Of a stretch of 64,000 nucleotides of DNA, positions 42,401-54,297 are shown piece by piece. The notes under the pieces were generated by a model. That model ran no database searches. It was given only the letters and a program-made list of their open reading frames with translations, and was not told the origin of the DNA. The DNA comes from Narcine bancroftii. Its lineage: Eukaryota. Location of the stretch: the NCBI RefSeq assembly GCF_036971445.1, contig NC_091480.1:60264001-60328000 (forward strand), written 5' to 3'. The position numbers were made by a program, and so were the translations under genes. How positions within the stretch are numbered: the first letter of the stretch is position 1; every line of letters starts with the position of its first letter.

Positions 42401-43270
42401 CCAATTCATAATACTTTTGCTTTGTTTTCATTATGTTCTTCTCCACCTTGTACGTTTGTAATGTTTCATATTTTATTTTTTTGTCTATCAATTCTCTCTT
42501 TCTTTATATCATCTCTTTTTACTAGTTTCATTTTTGTACTTGTTTTCTAGCTGCTCTATTTCCCGATTGTAATCCTTTTTCATCTTAGTTACATAACTTA
42601 TTACCTATCCTCTAATGAAAGCTTTCATTGCATCCTATAGTATAAATGTATCATTAACCGATTCTGTTTATTTCAAAGCATGTTTTAATTTGACGTTCAA
42701 TAAACTCTCTAAATTCCTGTCTTTTAAGTAGCATTGGATTTAAACTCCATCTATATGTTCTTGGTGGGATGTCCTCCAGTTCTATTGATAATAACAGGGG
42801 TGAATGATCTGAAAGTAGTCTAGCTTTATACTCAGTTTTTCTAACTCTCCCATGAATATGGGCCGACAACAAAAACATATCAATCCTTGAGTATGTTCTA
42901 TGCCTACTTGAGTACTTCCTTTGGGTGCTGCCTCCTCCATATATCCATAAGTTTCATTTCCTGAATTGTTGTAACCATAAATATGGCTACCTTATTCTTT
43001 TTGCTTGTCTTTTCACCAATTTTATCCAACATTGGATCCAAATTAATGTTAAAATCCCCTCCTATCAATATATTTCCTTGCGTGTCTGCAATCTGAGGAG
43101 GTGGTTGAGATGGTGCTATTGCACTGTTCAAGAAAACAAAACTGGATGGATACATGGATAAGATGGGGGTAGGCGGATATGGGCCACACACAGGCAGGTG
43201 GGACATGTGAATGGAATATTTGGGTTGGCATGGGCATCTTAGGCCAAAGGATCTGTCTCAACACTGATTC
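39405..43270 (+). mobile_element. CR1 3' fragment split by the L1 (pieces 39405-39448 and 43093-43270)
   Basis: Removing the L1 and one TSD restores GGTGGATGTATGGAATGGGCTACCTGAGGAGGTGGTTGAGATGG...CTGGATGGATACATGG (VDVWNGLPEEVVE...LDGYM), the CR1 ORF2 end. Confidence 0.8.
39449..43092 (-). mobile_element. L1-clade LINE, 5'-truncated, frameshifted ORF2, 14-bp TSD
   Basis: Minus-strand pieces: endonuclease NILIGGDFN and SDHSPL; RT KTPGEDGF...YRPISLLNSDYKIIAKLLANRL...[40 protein letters not shown]; C-terminal CFHC...LHAIWAC. Direct repeat CTGAGGAGGTGGTT at 39435-39448 and 43093-43106. Confidence 0.93.
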
Positions 43271-43666
43271 TATGAATCTGTAAAAATGTGAGTTATGATT
43301 CACAGGACAGAAACACATTGCGGCACAGATATTATGTATTTTTTTTCTTTATTGGAAAATTAAACTACTTACAGAATTTTAAAAATAAATTAATGTTACC
43401 TCACTAATAACAGCCCTCAACAAACATTTTTAAATTATCTCATGAGTTACGATTCACAGGAGAGGGTTACACTCGCGGGTTATTTTTTTTTTGTAAAAAT
43501 AATTTACTCACTGACTTTTATAAAGTTAATGTTAACCCCTGAAGCGCTGCAATCCCGTCCTGAACTCTTAATTTGGCATAATTTACCAGTAATCAAGTTA
43601 AGATTCTCAAGTCAAAGACACATTGGGCCTGAGAAACCTTTTGCTTTATTTTCATTTGGAAAGGTT

Positions 43667-43830
43667 TGTTAGGGTAGGTCACATGCATACACTTTAAAAC
43701 AGACCTTATTTGAGTGCTCAAAAGACGTCACTAAATGGGTTACTGAAAATAAATGCTGGCTCCTACTGTCTGCAGGAGACTTGCCATATGGTTTTGTAAG
43801 CAGAGAGAATAAAACAGGCTTTGTCAGTCT

Positions 43831-43894
<64 letters not shown>

Positions 43895-44522
43895 AGAGAG
43901 TCTTGACAGTGTCAGCCAGCAGACGTTGCTGGAACTGAAACAGGACAAGCTGGCAAGCTTTTGGAAGAATGCCTGGTCAAAGCCCCTGTGGTTCATGCAT
44001 TTGGAATAAGTGAAACAAAAAGGAACTCTGTGATGATCTGAAAGAAAGAGATTATCATCTGGAGAACCCTGACTGGACAAGTTTCGTCAAGAGGACACTG
44101 AGGTGACTGATGGAAGTACATCAGTTGTGGATGTCCTGCAACAAAACATCACTATCAGAAAACCAACAGGAACCTTCCTGAGCAGTAACCGTTTACCTTT
44201 CGAGCTCCAAAGCTTGCTGAATTTTATACATGTTAAATTCTGTGCACAGTATAAGAATTGCCTGCAACCAGTGAACTTGGATGAATGAGAAGTGAGATTG
44301 GACTGTGAACCAGAGAACTTTTCTGAACTCACACATTTATTACACACACGTGCGCTTCGAATTAGAAGGGCGTTAAGTGAGGTAAAGTAAGTTAATAGTG
44401 ATAAATTAAAGTGTAATTCTGTTTTCATGTTTAAAGATCATTAAAATCAACTTTTTAAAGTAACCATCTGTCTTGGTGAATATCTATCGCTGCTGGGCTT
44501 TGGGGTCCTCTGGCTCGTAACA
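43667..44522. mobile_element. Solo-LTR-like insertion with internal (GA)n
   Basis: Begins TGTTA and ends TAACA (5-bp inverted termini) and interrupts the ~150-bp repeat. No exact TSD seen; left boundary uncertain. Confidence 0.45.
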
Positions 44523-45837
44523 CAGGTCAGAGGCACACAGGGGCTAATGTTCACATGTGGGGCATGGAGAGTCCAGTTCAGGATCAGGCATTTCAGCCCA
44601 CGTGTCTGCGTTGATCGGTTCCCCCCTTTTTGGAAACAGTTTACTCACAGAAAAGAAAAGTTACTTTCACCCCCAAACCACCCCATCCTGAACAAACATT
44701 ATAAATCAACTGATAACTAAGCGAATTAAGATTCACAGATATCGATATAGCTTTATATTTTGGAATTAAAATTAAACCGCTCACAGAATGATAAAATCAA
44801 CTTATTTCACCTCACTAATGACACCCCCGTGAGCGCGCGCGCACACATGCTTACNNNNNNNNNNNNNNNNNNNNNNNNNNNNNNNNNNNNNNNNNNNNNN
44901 NNNNNNNNNNNNNNNNNNNNNNNNNNNNNNNNNNNNNNNNNNNNNNNNNNNNNNNNNNNNNNNNNNNNNNNNNNNNNNNNNNNNNNNNNNNNNNNNNNNN
45001 NNNNNGGCACTAACACACATGTTTATTGACGCACACAGTAACACAGACACGTACACAAACACACACACGCACACATGCATACACAGAGATACACTGACAC
45101 ACAGTAACACAGGCATACACACACTAATACAAACAAACACACACAGACATACACTGATGCTAACACAAATACACAGAAACACATAGTTACACACATATAC
45201 CTTAGCACACAGTAACACAGACACACACACAATCTAACAGAAATGTCCATTGACACACACACAGTAACACACGCGCACACACACACACGCACACATAGTA
45301 ACAGACACGCATTAAACCATACAGACACAAAGACACACACACGAACACACGCGCGTGCAGACACAAACTAACACACATGCGCAAGCAACCACAGACAGAC
45401 AGAAGGGGTTGAGATCTACGGACAGACGCACATTGGGGCATAGATCTTTTTCGAAAAATAATTAATGACATTTTAAAAAAAAGACAATTTCGCCCCTCCA
45501 CGCTGAACATAAATTTCAAAGGAACTTATCCGCAAGCGTGTTGTCATTCGGGGAACAGTTCCTTATATTATTTTATTTTTTGAAAAAAAAAACTCCTCAA
45601 ATAACTTGTTTTAAAAAATCAAGTTCACTTCATTGAGTCTCTCCTCCCAAACGCACGTTTTAAATTAACTTATTGGTAAACGGGTTAAGATTCATAGAAC
45701 ACAGAAATGTATTTTTTTCTCTTTTGGAAAAATGAATTAACACAGGAATTTTTTAAAGTGAAGTTCAACCCCAACTACCCCCACCCTTGATATAAAGTTT
45801 AAATTGACTAGTAAACCGGTGAAGATTCACAGAGCGA

Positions 45838-46036
45838 AACACAGAAGTCTGCAGACGCTGTGATTGAAGTACAAACAGTCTGGAGGAACTGAGCCGGTCT
45901 CACTGCGTCCAGAGGAGGTCAAGACAAATAACCGACGTCCTTGAAGAAGGGCTCAGGTCCGATACGTCGGCATTATACCTATCTCTTATGAACGCTGCAA
46001 GACTGGCGACGTTCCTCTTCCATTTCGGTGCGTTTG
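45838..46036. mobile_element. Penelope-derived inverted-repeat remnant with degenerate hammerhead-like core
   Basis: Imperfect inverted arms (GGAGGAACT...GCGTCCAGAG...CCGACGT / ACGTCGG...TTATGAACGC...GTTCCTC) around TTGAAGAAGGGCTCAGGTCCGATAC. Confidence 0.55.
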
Positions 46037-46289
46037 TATTAAGATTCACAGTGCGCAGACGCATTGGGTCACTTTTTCTTCTGGAAAGTTAATTTCCTCA
46101 CAGATTTTTTAAAGCACCCCAGTCCGATCATGAACGCTGACTTTAAAATAGCTCATTTTATAGAAGCGAGTTAAGACTCAGTGGCAGAGCCACATTGTGG
46201 CAGAGATATTGATAAATAAGATTTCTTTTGGTAAAAAAACTGTGGAAAGAATTTTAAATCCGTGTTAATTTCACCCCTCACTTCACAGC

Positions 46290-47597
46290 GTCGCCAACTC
46301 AAATGCCTGCTTCATACTATCTTATTGGCAAAACAACTGAAGTAATCCTCCCCAGGCAGAGCCCTGAAGCAACAAGGAATATTTTTCTTAATTGCTTTTT
46401 TTCAATCATCTATAATTGATCAAGCCTTCTGTCTTTGGAAAGTTAAAGGAATCGTTTCTTTTTTTTTTCATATTTGTTTCTAGATGGTGGTTTAAAGTCT
46501 TTTGAACAATTGTCTAATAAATACAATATACCGAAGTCACATTTTTTAGATACTTTCAAATGAGACATCTTCTGAATACTTTACTGCAAAACTTTCCAAC
46601 ATCGTCCCAACCGAATTTAATTGATACTTTTTTCATTTGAACATTTCACATAAGGGTTTAATAGGCAGCAATTATAATAAGTTATTAAGATTAATAACAA
46701 GATTAAAGGGGCCTGGGAAGAGGAACCTCATTTACATCTTCCAGAGGAATTATGGGAGAAGATTTTTGGATGGGTTTAAAACTCTTCAATATGTGCTTGT
46801 CGTTCTTTGATTCAGCTTAAAGTGGTGAATCGGGCTCGTGTATCGAAAGATAAAGTGGCCCGTATTTTTTTCTAACGGTTGCCCTATTTTTGATGTAAAT
46901 CAGAAATGGTTTCCCTATCTCATATGTTTTGGTCATGTCCTATGTTGGAGAGGTTTTGGATAGATATTTATAAGACTTTATCAGCTATACTGGATATCAA
47001 TTTGCAAACTGACCAATTGACGGCTCTTTTGGAATTCTAGTTCCTGGAGTGGGACGAGTTCCCACTTCTATACATCGGACTGTAGCCTTTGTTGGCGAGA
47101 AGAACTATCTTATTTAAATGAAAAGATTCTAATCCACCTATTTTAATTCAGTGGCTTTCTCAAATTATGTCATGTTTAAGTTCATAGAAAGTTGGGAGCC
47201 GTACATTTGATACCTCTGTTAAATTTGAAGAGACTTGGCGACATTTTATAAATTATTTCCACATGGCTGAGTTGGAAGAATTATTTTCTCTTCCGGACTA
47301 TATTTTATTTCTTTTCTCTTTGTTGGTGAAGACCAGACGATAAAGTTTTATCAATAAACACTCAGGATAAGCTGCCCAATATTTTACTTTTCTTCAGATA
47401 AGATGGAGTTTTATATAATTATTATTTTTTATTTTTCCGTTTGAGGCGATGAAAGCATATTCGTTAATTGTGTTGTGACACAATATGTTCTATCACATGA
47501 TGTCATATCGTGATATTTTTGTTCCCCTTTGTGATTATGTTCTCCTATTTTCCTCGTGTATTGTTTACCTATAATATGATTAATTTTTAAAAAAAGA
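46290..47597 (+). mobile_element. Second, older L1-clade LINE 3' fragment
   Basis: Encodes pieces such as SFEQLSNKYNIPKSHF-RYFQMRHLL and LSHMFWSCPMLERFW (L1 ORF2 C-terminus); many disruptions, T-rich 3' UTR, A-rich end near 47590. Confidence 0.75.
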
Positions 47598-47899
47598 ACT
47601 GGGATGGCTTTCTCTGACATAGCCCCACATAGTTAACCGCAGCAGTTAAGCAACCCCGGGAGCGTTCAATCGGGTGGTATAAGAGGAGGAAGGAAGGGGG
47701 ACTGTAATGGGTTGGGGGGGGGGGGGGGGGGGGACGAAAGCGCGATGCAGTGACTGCAATCAAAGCGCCGAGCCATGAAAAACGGGCCAAGCCCAATCCA
47801 CAATTAAACCACCTGCCCCAAATACAGGAGGACCCAGGCAAGAAGGCAGCTGCTGCAGACCACTGACGATAGGGCTTGAACTCTCCCGATAAAGATGTA

Positions 47900-48485
47900 G
47901 ATTAAGAAGACAAGAAATAGAAGCAGGAGTCGGCCACTCGGCCCGTCGAGCCTGCTGCCCCTTTCAGTGAGATCGCAGCTGATCTGATGGTGGATTCAAC
48001 TCCACTGACCCGCCCTTTCCCCTTCAACCTTAATTCCCAGACCTGCTCAAAAATCTCTTTTGTGTCTTCAGTACATTTAATGAGGCAGTACCCGGGTAGA
48101 GAATCCCACAGATTCCCTACTCTTTGGAAGAAGCAGATTCTCCTCATCTCCGTCCTGAATTTATTCCCAGATAATCCCACAAATTCCCCACTTTCTAGGA
48201 GAAGCAGATTCTCCTCATCTCCGTCCTGAATCTACTCCCAGAGAATCCCACAGATTCCCCACTCTCTGGGAGAAGCAGATCTTCCTCATCTCCGCCCTGA
48301 ATCTTCTCCCAGAGAATCTCACAGATTCCCCACTTTCTGGGAGAAGCAGTTCCACCTCATCTCCGTCCTGAATCTACTCCCCTGAACCTTGAGGCTCCGT
48401 CCCCTCGTTCTGGTCTCACCTCCCAGTGAAAACAACCTCCTGCTTCTGTTCCTTTCATCATTTCGATATGTTCCTACAAGATCCC
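47900..48485 (-). mobile_element. CR1 3' end with internal 4x71-bp tandem duplication
   Basis: The minus strand encodes FRTEMRRICFFQRVGNLWDSLP. AATCCCACAGATTCCC-type starts at 48102, 48173, 48244 and 48315. CR1 tail GGCTCGACGGGCCGAGTGGCCGACTCCTGCTTCTATTTCT. Confidence 0.85.
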
Positions 48486-50240
48486 CCCCACCCCCCCCCC
48501 CCCCCCCGCACCCTTTTGTACATTTTAGAAATTACATTCAATTGCTCTCCGCGCAATTATCATCAGCTGTATGGATATGATTAGTTGACTTCCAAGGTAA
48601 TTCCCATGCTTGTGAACTTGCCAGAGTTTTGCATCACACTCAAACGTAACGCCATCTACACACAAAAACCCTCCCCACATACAAAATGCCGCACATGTAC
48701 ACAAAGCTCACGATTACACACAGAACTCACACCTACACTAAACATCCCAGGCACAAACCTCACGCTCGCACTAATGCACGCCAACGCACGCGTTCGCTCG
48801 CCACGTGCGGGTTTCGACCTTATTCCAGACGTTATTGGGCTTCCATTTGGGCTAATACAACTATTCCGGTGGGGAAGTTTGTCACGGGGTGGGGTAGAGA
48901 TGCTGTGTATCTCTGTGCTTCACCCCAGCAGACCCGGCACAATGAGCAAATGTAATCCCAGAAACTCAACCAGCATGGCAACAGGACTTTCGGCCCACCT
49001 TATCCAAGCCGGCCATGCGGCCTCGTCTGTCTGCTTTCGGCGCATCATTCTAAACATTTCCTATCTATGTACCTTTTGAAACGTTTTCACACACAGGTGT
49101 GCGAATCAGCATGCGTACACGCCCGAATTTACAGACGCCATTTAAGCAACTATTCACACGCACGTTCAACAGAAATAAGCGGACAAGTATTTGCACACGC
49201 ATTCACATGGGGATATTCGCACAGATCGGGCACAAACAGTTATGTACATGCGCACACCCATGTACGTTCATCACAGATTTCCACGCGCATTCACGAGCAT
49301 ATTTGTACACGTACGCATTCAGGCACACGCATTTACAGGAAATGCGCATTCCCGCACATTTACGTGTCGAAAACTACACGACTAAATTACACGCAATAAG
49401 AAATATACACTTGTGCACAGCTAAGCAGCACAAATTTATCTCATACGCATGCATTTATACAGAGCTAAAACTTTTGCGTTTACACCCAACTAAACACAAA
49501 TATAAGTTCACACCATGCATACACACAAGGAAAAGCATACGCATTCACATTCATTGATATACAACTTAAACATATCATGTTTTCGCTTTAAGTCTCTCAC
49601 ACCAGGAACACACGTGCACTAATTTTCACACACACCTAACCAGATTCCAGGCAGATTATCTGGATCCAACGGGAATGAGGGTGTATTTTTAGGTGTGGAG
49701 GAAGGAGTTTTGCTTGTGGGAAGCAGGAATGTAACCGATGGATGTGGCTTGAGTTTTGTGGAGTTTTATTGTCTGCGGATGCGTATGTCCCACGCTGGAG
49801 AGTGCACGCGTTTGTGCCATCGAATGTGTATGCGCACGTATGTTAATGAGTGTGTGTGTTAGTGTATGTATACGCGCGTCAGCGCGTGTATTCATATGTG
49901 TGTATATAAGTGTGTTTGTCTATGTGTATGTGAGTGTGTATGTGCGTTTGTGTGTTTGTCTATGTGTGTATGTGAGTGTGTGCGCGCGTGTGTGTATTTG
50001 TCTATGTGTGTGTGATTGTGTATGGGCGTGTGTGTGTTTGTCTATGTGTGAGTGTGTGTGTGTATGTGCGTGTGTTTGTCTATGTGTCTGTGTGCGTGCG
50101 TGTGTTTGTCTATGTGTGTGTGTGTGTGTTTCTGCACCTGCACATGCCTCTGTCCCAAGTGTTTCAACCCTCTCACTCCGCTCCCTTGTCCCGCCACCTC
50201 TCATGATCTCCGCCTCAAGACGAACGAACCTCTCTAGGGT

Positions 50241-50479
50241 CTAAAACAGACTCAGTGCTTGCTCACGCATGAGTAATCGCTTCTTCTTCATCCGTCGGTT
50301 CTGGAACCAAATCTTCACCTGCTGATCGGTGAGGGCGAGACGGTCGGAAAGTTCCCGCCGCCTCTGCCGCGGAATGAACTCGTTCATCATGAATTCCCCT
50401 TCCAACTCTGCAATCTGCATCTTGGAGTAAGGTTTCCGCTTCTTTCTTGTGCGAGACTGCAGGGGATACCAGGAAGTGG
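50241..50479 (-). CDS. hoxc12: Homeobox protein Hox-C12, coding exon 2 (homeodomain)
   Basis: Pyrimidine tract and AAG|CC acceptor in phase 1, then [81 protein letters not shown]. The C-terminus matches HoxC12 (REQALSFF). Spliced product ~245 aa. Confidence 0.94.
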
Positions 50480-50644
50480 CTTTCATGGAGATGGGGAAGG
50501 AGAGAGAGATGGGGGGGGGGGGTGGGGGGTGGTGGAATGAGAGAGAGAGTTAGTAGTCTTAGTCAAACAAATTCTCCAGAGGTCAATTATAAATTCCACA
50601 GTGAAAGTCATTCAAATGGCTTTACAAAAGGTGGCACAAGATCG

Positions 50645-50900
50645 CCCTCCCTGTCTCTGTAACCCCCTCTAGTCCGCTACATTCTTCCCAGTCTCTGTAA
50701 CCCATTCCAATCCCCTACACCTCTCCCTGTCTCTGTAACTACCTCCGGTCCCTACACCTCTCCCTGTATTTGTAACTCCCTCCAGTCCCCTCTCTATCTC
50801 TGTGACCCCTCCGACATCTACACTGCTCCACCCTTCTGTAGCCCGGGTTCCGTACTCTGGAACTCCCTCCCAACACGTCTCCGCCTCTCTCTCCTCTTTC
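50645..50900 (+). mobile_element. L2/CR1-group LINE fragment with ~38-bp tandem amplification, in the hoxc12 intron
   Basis: CTCTGTAA-type marker at 50655, 50693, 50731 and ~50768 (PxLCNxLQxY-like), then CTCTGGAACTCCCTCCC (LWNSLP). Confidence 0.6.
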
Positions 50901-51412
50901 AGAGTTCCACACTAACTTTCTTACTCTCCTTCTCCTGAGCTTGGGTCGCTGCCTGGTTTGCTGAAAATGACCGAGAGACATCATTCATTGTTACCAGTGA
51001 AAGGAAACGGATCAGTGTAATCTCAGGCTCCCCACTGAAACTATCACTTGCGTTTCCCCGTGTGTATACATCCGGGATGGGGGAGGATTAACGATGGACG
51101 GCAACAGCGGCGACCAGTGACCGGGTNNNNNNNNNNNNNNNNNNNNNNNNNNNNNNNNNNNNNNNNNNNNNNNNNNNNNNNNNNNNNNNNNNNNNNNNNN
51201 NNNNNNNNNNNNNNNNNNNNNNNNNNNNNNNNNNNNNNNNNNNNNNNNNNNNNNNNNNNNNNNNNNNNNAGAGCAATAAGAGAGAGGATTTGCATGGTCA
51301 GAGACTCTGTGTCTGTCTGTGTTTCTTTGTGTGTCTCTGTGTGTGTTTGAGTGTGTGTGTGTGTGCGCGCGCGCGAGCGTGAGGGTGGTGCGGCAGTAGC
51401 GTAGATACTCAC

Positions 51413-51911
51413 CAGAAGCGCCAAAAGTTTCTCCGTGGCTGAAAGGCGAAGAGTCATCGGGCTCCTGGACCGATTTCCTGGCCCGCTCTGAATCCGATCC
51501 TAAGATGGGACAGTTCTCTCGGGTGTCCGCGGCCTGCGGGAATGGATACTTGGACATTTCGACGCCGACCGACGCTGGGGAGACGGTGGCGGAAGAGGAG
51601 ACGCTGCCTTTCTGACCACCGGCGTCGTTAATAAACGTCTTGGACGAAAGCTCCGATTGGGTCACGTCGCAGGGCCGATTGCAGGAAGAATTAGAGAGAG
51701 CGGGGATTGCAGCGAGGTAACATTGCGCAGCCGGATCTCCCGGTGCCCAGGGCAAAGCGCAGACGGTGTCTCGCCGTGGGTAGGTCAGGGGCGGTAGCCG
51801 GGATAACTGCGAGCTGGGGGCACGGAAATTGGGCAGGAAGAACCTATCTCCCGTGTGAATGTTGAGCAGAGGTCCCACGAATCCAGGACGGAGGCCAGTG
51901 TGGTCTCCCAT
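51413..51911 (-). CDS. hoxc12: Homeobox protein Hox-C12, coding exon 1
   Basis: ATG at 51911 gives MGDHTGLRPGFVGPLLNIHTGDRFFLPNFRAPSSQLSRLPPLTYPRRDTVCALPW, matching HoxC12 (human [55 protein letters not shown]). Strong donor TCTG|GTGAGT, 499 nt, phase 1. Confidence 0.94.
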
Positions 51912-51984
51912 CACCGCCAACCCGCCGAAGCCGCCTCCTGTTACCTCAAAAGCACAAAATACAACACAGTTACAGTGAGGTCCG

Positions 51985-52030
51985 GCTCTGATTGGGTGCC
52001 GGCGTGTCACGTGGAAACCACCTGGGATTT
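51985..52030 (-). promoter_or_regulatory. Candidate hoxc12 proximal promoter (CACGTGAC E-box + CCAAT box)
   Basis: The minus strand reads ...TTTCCACGTGACACGCCGGCACCCAATCAG...; E-box at 52008-52013 and CCAAT at 51991-51995, 80-100 bp upstream of the ATG. Confidence 0.55.
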
Positions 52031-52265
52031 TGAGGTAGGGACGCACCGCCCTCCTCTCCCCTCGTCCCGCTCGCCTCAAGGACGGATGGGGTTTACAGAT
52101 GTGAACTTACTTTCTTTCTTTCTTTCTCTCTCTCTCTATATATCTCTCTCTCACTCATTCACACACACTTAATCTCTCTCTACCTATTCTTGTCCGCTCT
52201 TTTCCTGTTCTTTCTCTATAGCTCCATCCCCTTCTCTCTCTCTCCTCTCTCCTTCCATTCTGCCC

Positions 52266-52305
<40 letters not shown>

Positions 52306-52599
52306 TCCAGCTCTATTTTTCTGATGTTCCTTCTCATCCACTGTCTCCCTTTCTGTCGTTCTTTTTCTTCTACTATCACCTCCCTCTCGCCCTTACACAC
52401 ACTCTCTCTCTTTCTCTTTCTCTTACTCACTCACTCTCTCGAATTCTCCATCTTCTCCCAGGGCGCTGGAGGCCAGATCATTGGGTGTATTTAAAGTGGA
52501 AATGGATAAAGATGTTTATGTTCATTGGCACATACATAATTACAATACACAGATGCAATTAAAGTCTGACTTGCTGTAGCCACGCAGGGACCTAAATAC

Positions 52600-52980
52600 A
52601 CAGCACACAGCAAGATATGAGAAGAGAAAAAACTGTAATAATATAAAAGAAGGAGAAGGTGGTATTAAATAATATTAAATATTCACTTTTGGCCACAGTA
52701 CAAACAAACCAGACTGGGTCAATATCGCAGACAGGGTGGACCGGAGTAGTTCATGGTCAGGGTTAAGGTAATGCGATAAGGTTCTAGAGCCTGATCGCTG
52801 TTGGATGAAACCTATTCTGGAGCCTGGATGTGCTGGAGCTCGGGCCTCTGTGTCCTTCACCTGAAGGGAGCAGAGAGAAGACGTTGTGACCAGGGTGATG
52901 GGGGACCTTCATGATGTTTTCTGCCTTCTTGAGGCAGAGCCTCGCACAAATGTCTCCAATGGATGGGAGGTCGCTGCCGG
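52600..52980 (-). mobile_element. Rex1/Babar-like LINE 3' fragment
   Basis: The minus strand encodes CLKKAENIMKVPHHPGHNVFSLLPSG...RLQNRFHP, the typical C-terminus of this clade. Confidence 0.65.
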
Positions 52981-53439
52981 AGATTGGAAAGATGAGTAAT
53001 CGTGGACAGTGGGAAAAGACACAGAAGGGGAGCTGATCATGTGTGGATCAGCCATTTCGATGGACGGAGCAGGCTCAATGGGCCAAATGCAGGGTTCGCA
53101 CCGTACCGTCGACAATTCCTTCTCCCCACCCCGGACGCTGTTCGACCCGCTGCTCCTCCCAAAGTTTCGCTCCTGTTCCTATTTTCTTGCGCTCTCCTTC
53201 TTTAGTGTTCTCTCCCTCCCTCCTACACTCTTCCCTATCTCTCCGCTGCACCAATCTCTTTTCCACTCTCTCACTCTTTCTGTTGCTCACACTATCTCCA
53301 CTCCACTCTATCTCTCCTTCTCTCCTTCTTATCCATTTCCCTCACTCGTTTCTTTCTCATTTTCTCTGTCCAAATTATCTTCATTTCTGTGAGTCTCTCT
53401 CCCCTTCAATCCCCTCTCCCTCTTTCAGCCTTCATTGCG

Positions 53440-53472
<33 letters not shown>

Positions 53473-54214
53473 CTCCTCCTCCTCCTCGTCCTCTTCGTCG
53501 TCATCTTCCTCCTCCTCCTCCTTTCTCTGCAGGATTTCACCTTTTCTTCTCTCTTCACTTCTACCTTTCTGTTTCTGTCTTACCATCCCTATTTATCTAT
53601 CTGTATTACTCCATCGCCTCTGTTACCCTCCCCCTCTCGCCCTCAATTACTCACTTAGTTTGTCCTGTCTCTTAATATTTGTATGAGTCTCTCTTTCTAT
53701 CTCCCTCCCTCCTTTCTTTCTCTGGTGTTCTTTGACGATACAAATGTATTTCTTTATTTGTTTATTTTTATCACTCTCTTGTCTCCTTACCAATCTCTCT
53801 TTCCATCTGTGTGTCTATCCCTATCTCTCTCTCTCTCCACCTCTCTCTTTTTCTCTCAACCCCACTTTTCCCTCCCTCCCCCACCCCCCCCTCTCTCTCA
53901 CAACCCCCCCTTCTCTCTTCCTCTCTGTGCATTTGCTCCAGACTTGTCTCTCCCTCTCTCTGTTTTTATGTCTCTCACCTTCTTCCTTTCTCTCTTTCCA
54001 CTGTCTCTCCACCTGTAATCGGCGCCTGTCTGACCCCTCCCCATTCACCCAATCGTCCGGTTTCCAATTTTTCTTTCCGCCCCCTCCACCAACCAGCCCA
54101 ATTCTCCCGCCCCCTTGTTCCTTTTATTTCTCCCCCTCGCTCTCTGCTCCTCCGCAATTCCTTCTGTCTATTCTTTGGGGCTACTCTGCTCCTCAAGACC
54201 CGAGGCTCCACCAT

Positions 54215-54297
54215 GGTTGGCGTAGCGGGTAGCGCAACAACCCCGCATTCGAATCCCCCGCTGTCTGTGAGGCTTTTGTACAATCTCCCCGTGACCG
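54215..54297 (+). mobile_element. Truncated tRNA-derived SINE head
   Basis: GGTTGGCGTAGCGGGTAGCGCAAC...TTCGAATCCCCCGCTGTCTGTGAGG...CTCCCCGTG matches the SINEs at 37350-38016. Confidence 0.7.

Larger units (their letters stand above)
43290..46290. repeat. Old degenerate ~150-bp AT-rich tandem repeat, interrupted by insertions
   Basis: The unit marker (TTAA)GATTCACAG...CACATTGG...TTTTGGAAA...CTCACAGA...TTCACCCC recurs near 43297, 43451, 43602, 44730, 45690, 45824, 46043 and 46175. Confidence 0.65.
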
